This document shows, piece by piece, positions 57,037 to 59,370 of a DNA stretch of 59,370 nucleotides; positions within the stretch are counted from its first letter, which is position 1; each line of letters starts with the position of its first letter. The translations under genes were made by a program, and so were the position numbers. The notes under the pieces were generated by a model. That model was not told the DNA's origin. It saw nothing but the letters and a program-made list of their open reading frames with translations, and made no database searches. The DNA is from Rhizobium sp. Q54 (GTDB taxonomy: Bacteria; Pseudomonadota; Alphaproteobacteria; Rhizobiales; Beijerinckiaceae): positions 1-59,370 of the forward strand of contig CAMDKB010000001.1 of NCBI GenBank assembly GCA_945901195.1. The letters are read 5' to 3'.

Positions 57037-58524
57037 ATGACTGTGAACGATGAAGATGGAGTGGCAGATGCATCTCGCCTGACGCCGCTAAAGTCCCGCG
57101 GTCCCGCTCCAATATCGCAAGCGCGTTTGCTAAAACTCAGTGTACTTCCTTTGTTTTACAAACTCTCCGGACAGCGCGTTGCAATTGCAGGCAGCAGCCG
57201 CGCGGCGGCCTGGAAAGTGGAGCTGCTTGCCGCTACAGGCGCGCAGGTGGATGTCTATGGCGCCACGCCCGATGCGCAAATTCTTGCAGTTGCTTCCCAA
57301 GCCTCGAACGTGTGCGTCTTCGAAAGACATTGGTCTGCCAATGATTTCGCGAAGGCCGTGCTGGTCATCGCGGAGGCGGAAGAAGAAGATGAAGCGATCG
57401 CGTTGCAACAGGCAGCCGCCGTCGCCGGGGCGCATTTGAACATTATCGACAAACCTCAGTGGTCCAGTTTTCAATTTGGCTCGATTGTCGAGCGATCACC
57501 TCTGGTGATCGGAATTTCCACAGATGGCGGGGCGCCTGTTTTTGCCCAGAGCATCCGTGCACGTCTCGAGACTCTATTACCGGACGGTTTGCGAAATTGG
57601 GCATCGGCGGCCAAGGCCTGGCGACCCAGGGTCACCTCACTGGGGCTTGATATTCATGCGCGCAGAAAGATTTGGGAGAAATTTACCCGCCTGGCTCTCG
57701 CTGAACCGGGGCGAGTCCCGGCCGATCACGACTTTGCGTCGCTCGTGGAAGGCGTAGACAGGGAGCCCGCAGCGAGCGCGAAAACGGGAATAGTGATGCT
57801 GGTAGGTGCAGGTCCGGGCGATCCAGAGTTGCTCACATTGCGCGCCGTACGGGCCTTGCAATCGGCAGACGTGGTGCTGTTCGATGATCTCGTCTCGCAG
57901 CAGGTGCTTGATCTTGCGCGCCGGGAATCTGACAAGATTTCCGTCGGCAAACGCGGTTTCAAGCCGTCATGCACTCAGGAGGACATCTGCGATCTCATGA
58001 TCTCGCTGGCCCGCGAAGGGAAATATGTCGTGCGGCTGAAGGGTGGGGATCCCATGGTTTTTGGCCGTGCGAATGAAGAAATCGCCGCGCTGGAGGCAGT
58101 GGGGATCCCGGTCAGCGTCGTTCCGGGCGTCACTGCTGCTTCGGCAGCTGCGGCTTCGCTCGGGATTTCTCTGACCGAACGGAATCTGGCGCGGCGGCTG
58201 CAATTTGTCACTGCCCATGCACGGGGCGGTTTGATCCCGGACGATCTCAACTGGAGGGCGCTGGCCGACCCGTTGGCGACGACCATTGTTTATATGGGCG
58301 TGCGAACACTGCCAGAGTTCTGTGCGAGGCTTGTGCGAGAGGGCCTGTCCGCAGATATGCCCGCCGTTATGGTCGAACGGGCGAGCCAACCGGATGAAAG
58401 ACACTTTGCGGGCACGCTGACGACATTGCCGGGCATCGTAGCCAATGCCGGGGTAAAAGGACCTGCGCTGACAATTATCGGACCGGCAGCGCTGGATCGC
58501 CGCATTGTAAAAAATATCAGCTGA
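57037..58524 (+). CDS. cysG: Siroheme synthase
   Basis: N-terminal LPLF..L and ISTDG.APV; C-terminal LVGAGPGDPELLT, VRLKGGDP.VFGR, YMG. Confidence 0.93.
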   Translation: MTVNDEDGVADASRLTPLKSRGPAPISQARLLKLSVLPLFYKLSGQRVAIAGSSRAAAWKVELLAATGAQVDVYGATPDAQILAVASQASNVCVFERHWSANDFAKAVLVIAEAEEEDEAIALQQAAAVAGAHLNIIDKPQWSSFQFGSIVERSPLVIGISTDGGAPVFAQSIRARLETLLPDGLRNWASAAKAWRPRVTSLGLDIHARRKIWEKFTRLALAEPGRVPADHDFASLVEGVDREPAASAKTGIVMLVGAGPGDPELLTLRAVRALQSADVVLFDDLVSQQVLDLARRESDKISVGKRGFKPSCTQEDICDLMISLAREGKYVVRLKGGDPMVFGRANEEIAALEAVGIPVSVVPGVTAASAAAASLGISLTERNLARRLQFVTAHARGGLIPDDLNWRALADPLATTIVYMGVRTLPEFCARLVREGLSADMPAVMVERASQPDERHFAGTLTTLPGIVANAGVKGPALTIIGPAALDRRIVKNIS

Positions 58525-58867
58525 TATTCTGGCAGCGCTTCCAGACAATGGCTTTGGCGACGGGATTGCCTGAGCGCACTTCCATGGTCTCTTCGTTCAG
58601 AAGAACCATGTAGATTGTTGAACCGCTTTCGGGTTCTGGTGATTGCGCGGTGTAGGAAAAGGAGTGGCGACCGTATTGCCCGGCCATTTTTGCCCCAGCT
58701 GGTGTTGTGATCTGCGGGCCCAGGATCTCCACATGCTTGCCGTCCGGGCTGCACCATTTGCCGTCGATGCGGTCTGCGAGGGCAGGGCCGGAGATAATGA
58801 GGCCAAGTGCCAAAAGCGGGAGCGCCACCTTGGTGCGGCGCGAAAACCGTGGCTTTGAGATGAACAT
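58517..58867 (-). CDS. Small secreted hypothetical protein
   Basis: GGAG RBS, signal peptide ending ALA-D, two Cys (WC near the mature N-terminus, WKRC at the C-terminus). Confidence 0.7.
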   Translation of the reverse strand: MFISKPRFSRRTKVALPLLALGLIISGPALADRIDGKWCSPDGKHVEILGPQITTPAGAKMAGQYGRHSFSYTAQSPEPESGSTIYMVLLNEETMEVRSGNPVAKAIVWKRCQNIS

Positions 58868-58971
58868 GACAGGCTCCAACTTTGATGGTGGACGGCCCAG
58901 CCTAACGCAAAATCCGCTAATGTCTCGCGGATTTCATGTCTGTTCGCGAAAACTTGACCGTGCATGGTGTC

Positions 58972-59183
58972 TCAGCCCGTGCGCGCTGCTCCGGCCTCAT
59001 AATTTTTCAGGAAATCCTCCGGTGGCGGGGATGTCGCCCATTGGAACAGGGATTCTTCATTGGCTTCGGCCTTTTCGGTATTCCATTCGGCATTTTCCGG
59101 GATGAAGTCGATATCCCAGTAGAATTCGTTCAGGCCCATCCAGGGGTCGCGGATGTAGTGGAAATAATTGGAGCCATAGATAT
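58972..59183 (-). pseudogene. 3' fragment of a VOC-family (glyoxalase/extradiol dioxygenase-like) gene cut by an IS
   Basis: Manual translation IYGSNYFHYIRDPWMGLNEFYWDIDFIP...PPPEDFLKNYE...*; the frame is broken exactly at the IS terminus. Confidence 0.75.
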
Positions 59184-59225
59184 TGAACCGCCCCGGGTTT
59201 ACCGGAGGGTGATTTGTTCAACGAC
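59184..59225. mobile_element. IS3-family (IS51/IS629-like) terminal inverted repeat, probably the right end
   Basis: TGAACCGCCCCGGGTTTACCGGAGG, a characteristic IS3-family terminus. Confidence 0.8.
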
Positions 59226-59370
59226 TAGCAGCCTGTCGGACTGGATTCAAAGACTTGGACCCGCTGCGCGTTTTTGCTGGTTCGGGCGCGTTGCAAGCGC
59301 CTGTCGGCTCCCGGAGGGCCTGGCGGGGGCCGCGTTTGGCGCCTGCCATGTCCGCATCGACCTGAATTTC
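59225..59370. mobile_element. Possible end of a second, nested IS (IS1182-like)
   Basis: CTAGCAGCCTGTCGGACT; a minus-strand frame ends SPTGC*; does not read as an IS3 OrfB C-terminus; truncated by the window edge. Confidence 0.4.

Noticed and set aside
1-59370. CRISPR array, rRNA, tRNA, prophage or defence genes
   Set aside because: None seen on reading; the many short overlapping ORFs in the track are shadow frames of GC-rich genes

Overview
Chromosomal window from a GC-rich alphaproteobacterium; gene order and sequences suggest Hyphomicrobiales/Rhizobiales. Core segments: efp with divergent epmA-epmB, an MscS/DUF3772 channel, the conserved ahcY-divL-tsaE/amgK-murU-addB-addA-trxA block, ppa, pyrE and cysG. 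Accessory segments: a BcsS-like beta-barrel gene; an amidohydrolase pair plus Rieske ferredoxin (candidate AibH1H2/AibG-type oxygenase); a TadG-like/REC/hybrid kinase/EAL signalling cluster; and a ~15 kb catabolic region (GMC oxidoreductase, Mo-hydroxylase large subunit, decarboxylase-like genes, TauD, LLM, CocE, three Bug/TctC receptors). The most notable feature is a candidate DSF (diffusible signal factor) quorum-sensing locus at 50987-56769. It has an RpfF-like synthase convergent with an RpfC-like hybrid kinase, and the RpfG position holds a REC-PAS-GGDEF-EAL protein instead of REC-HD-GYP. The right edge shows a VOC-family gene cut by an IS3-family end, possibly with a second IS nested in it. 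All family assignments come from motif recognition and recalled family sequences; no searches were run.
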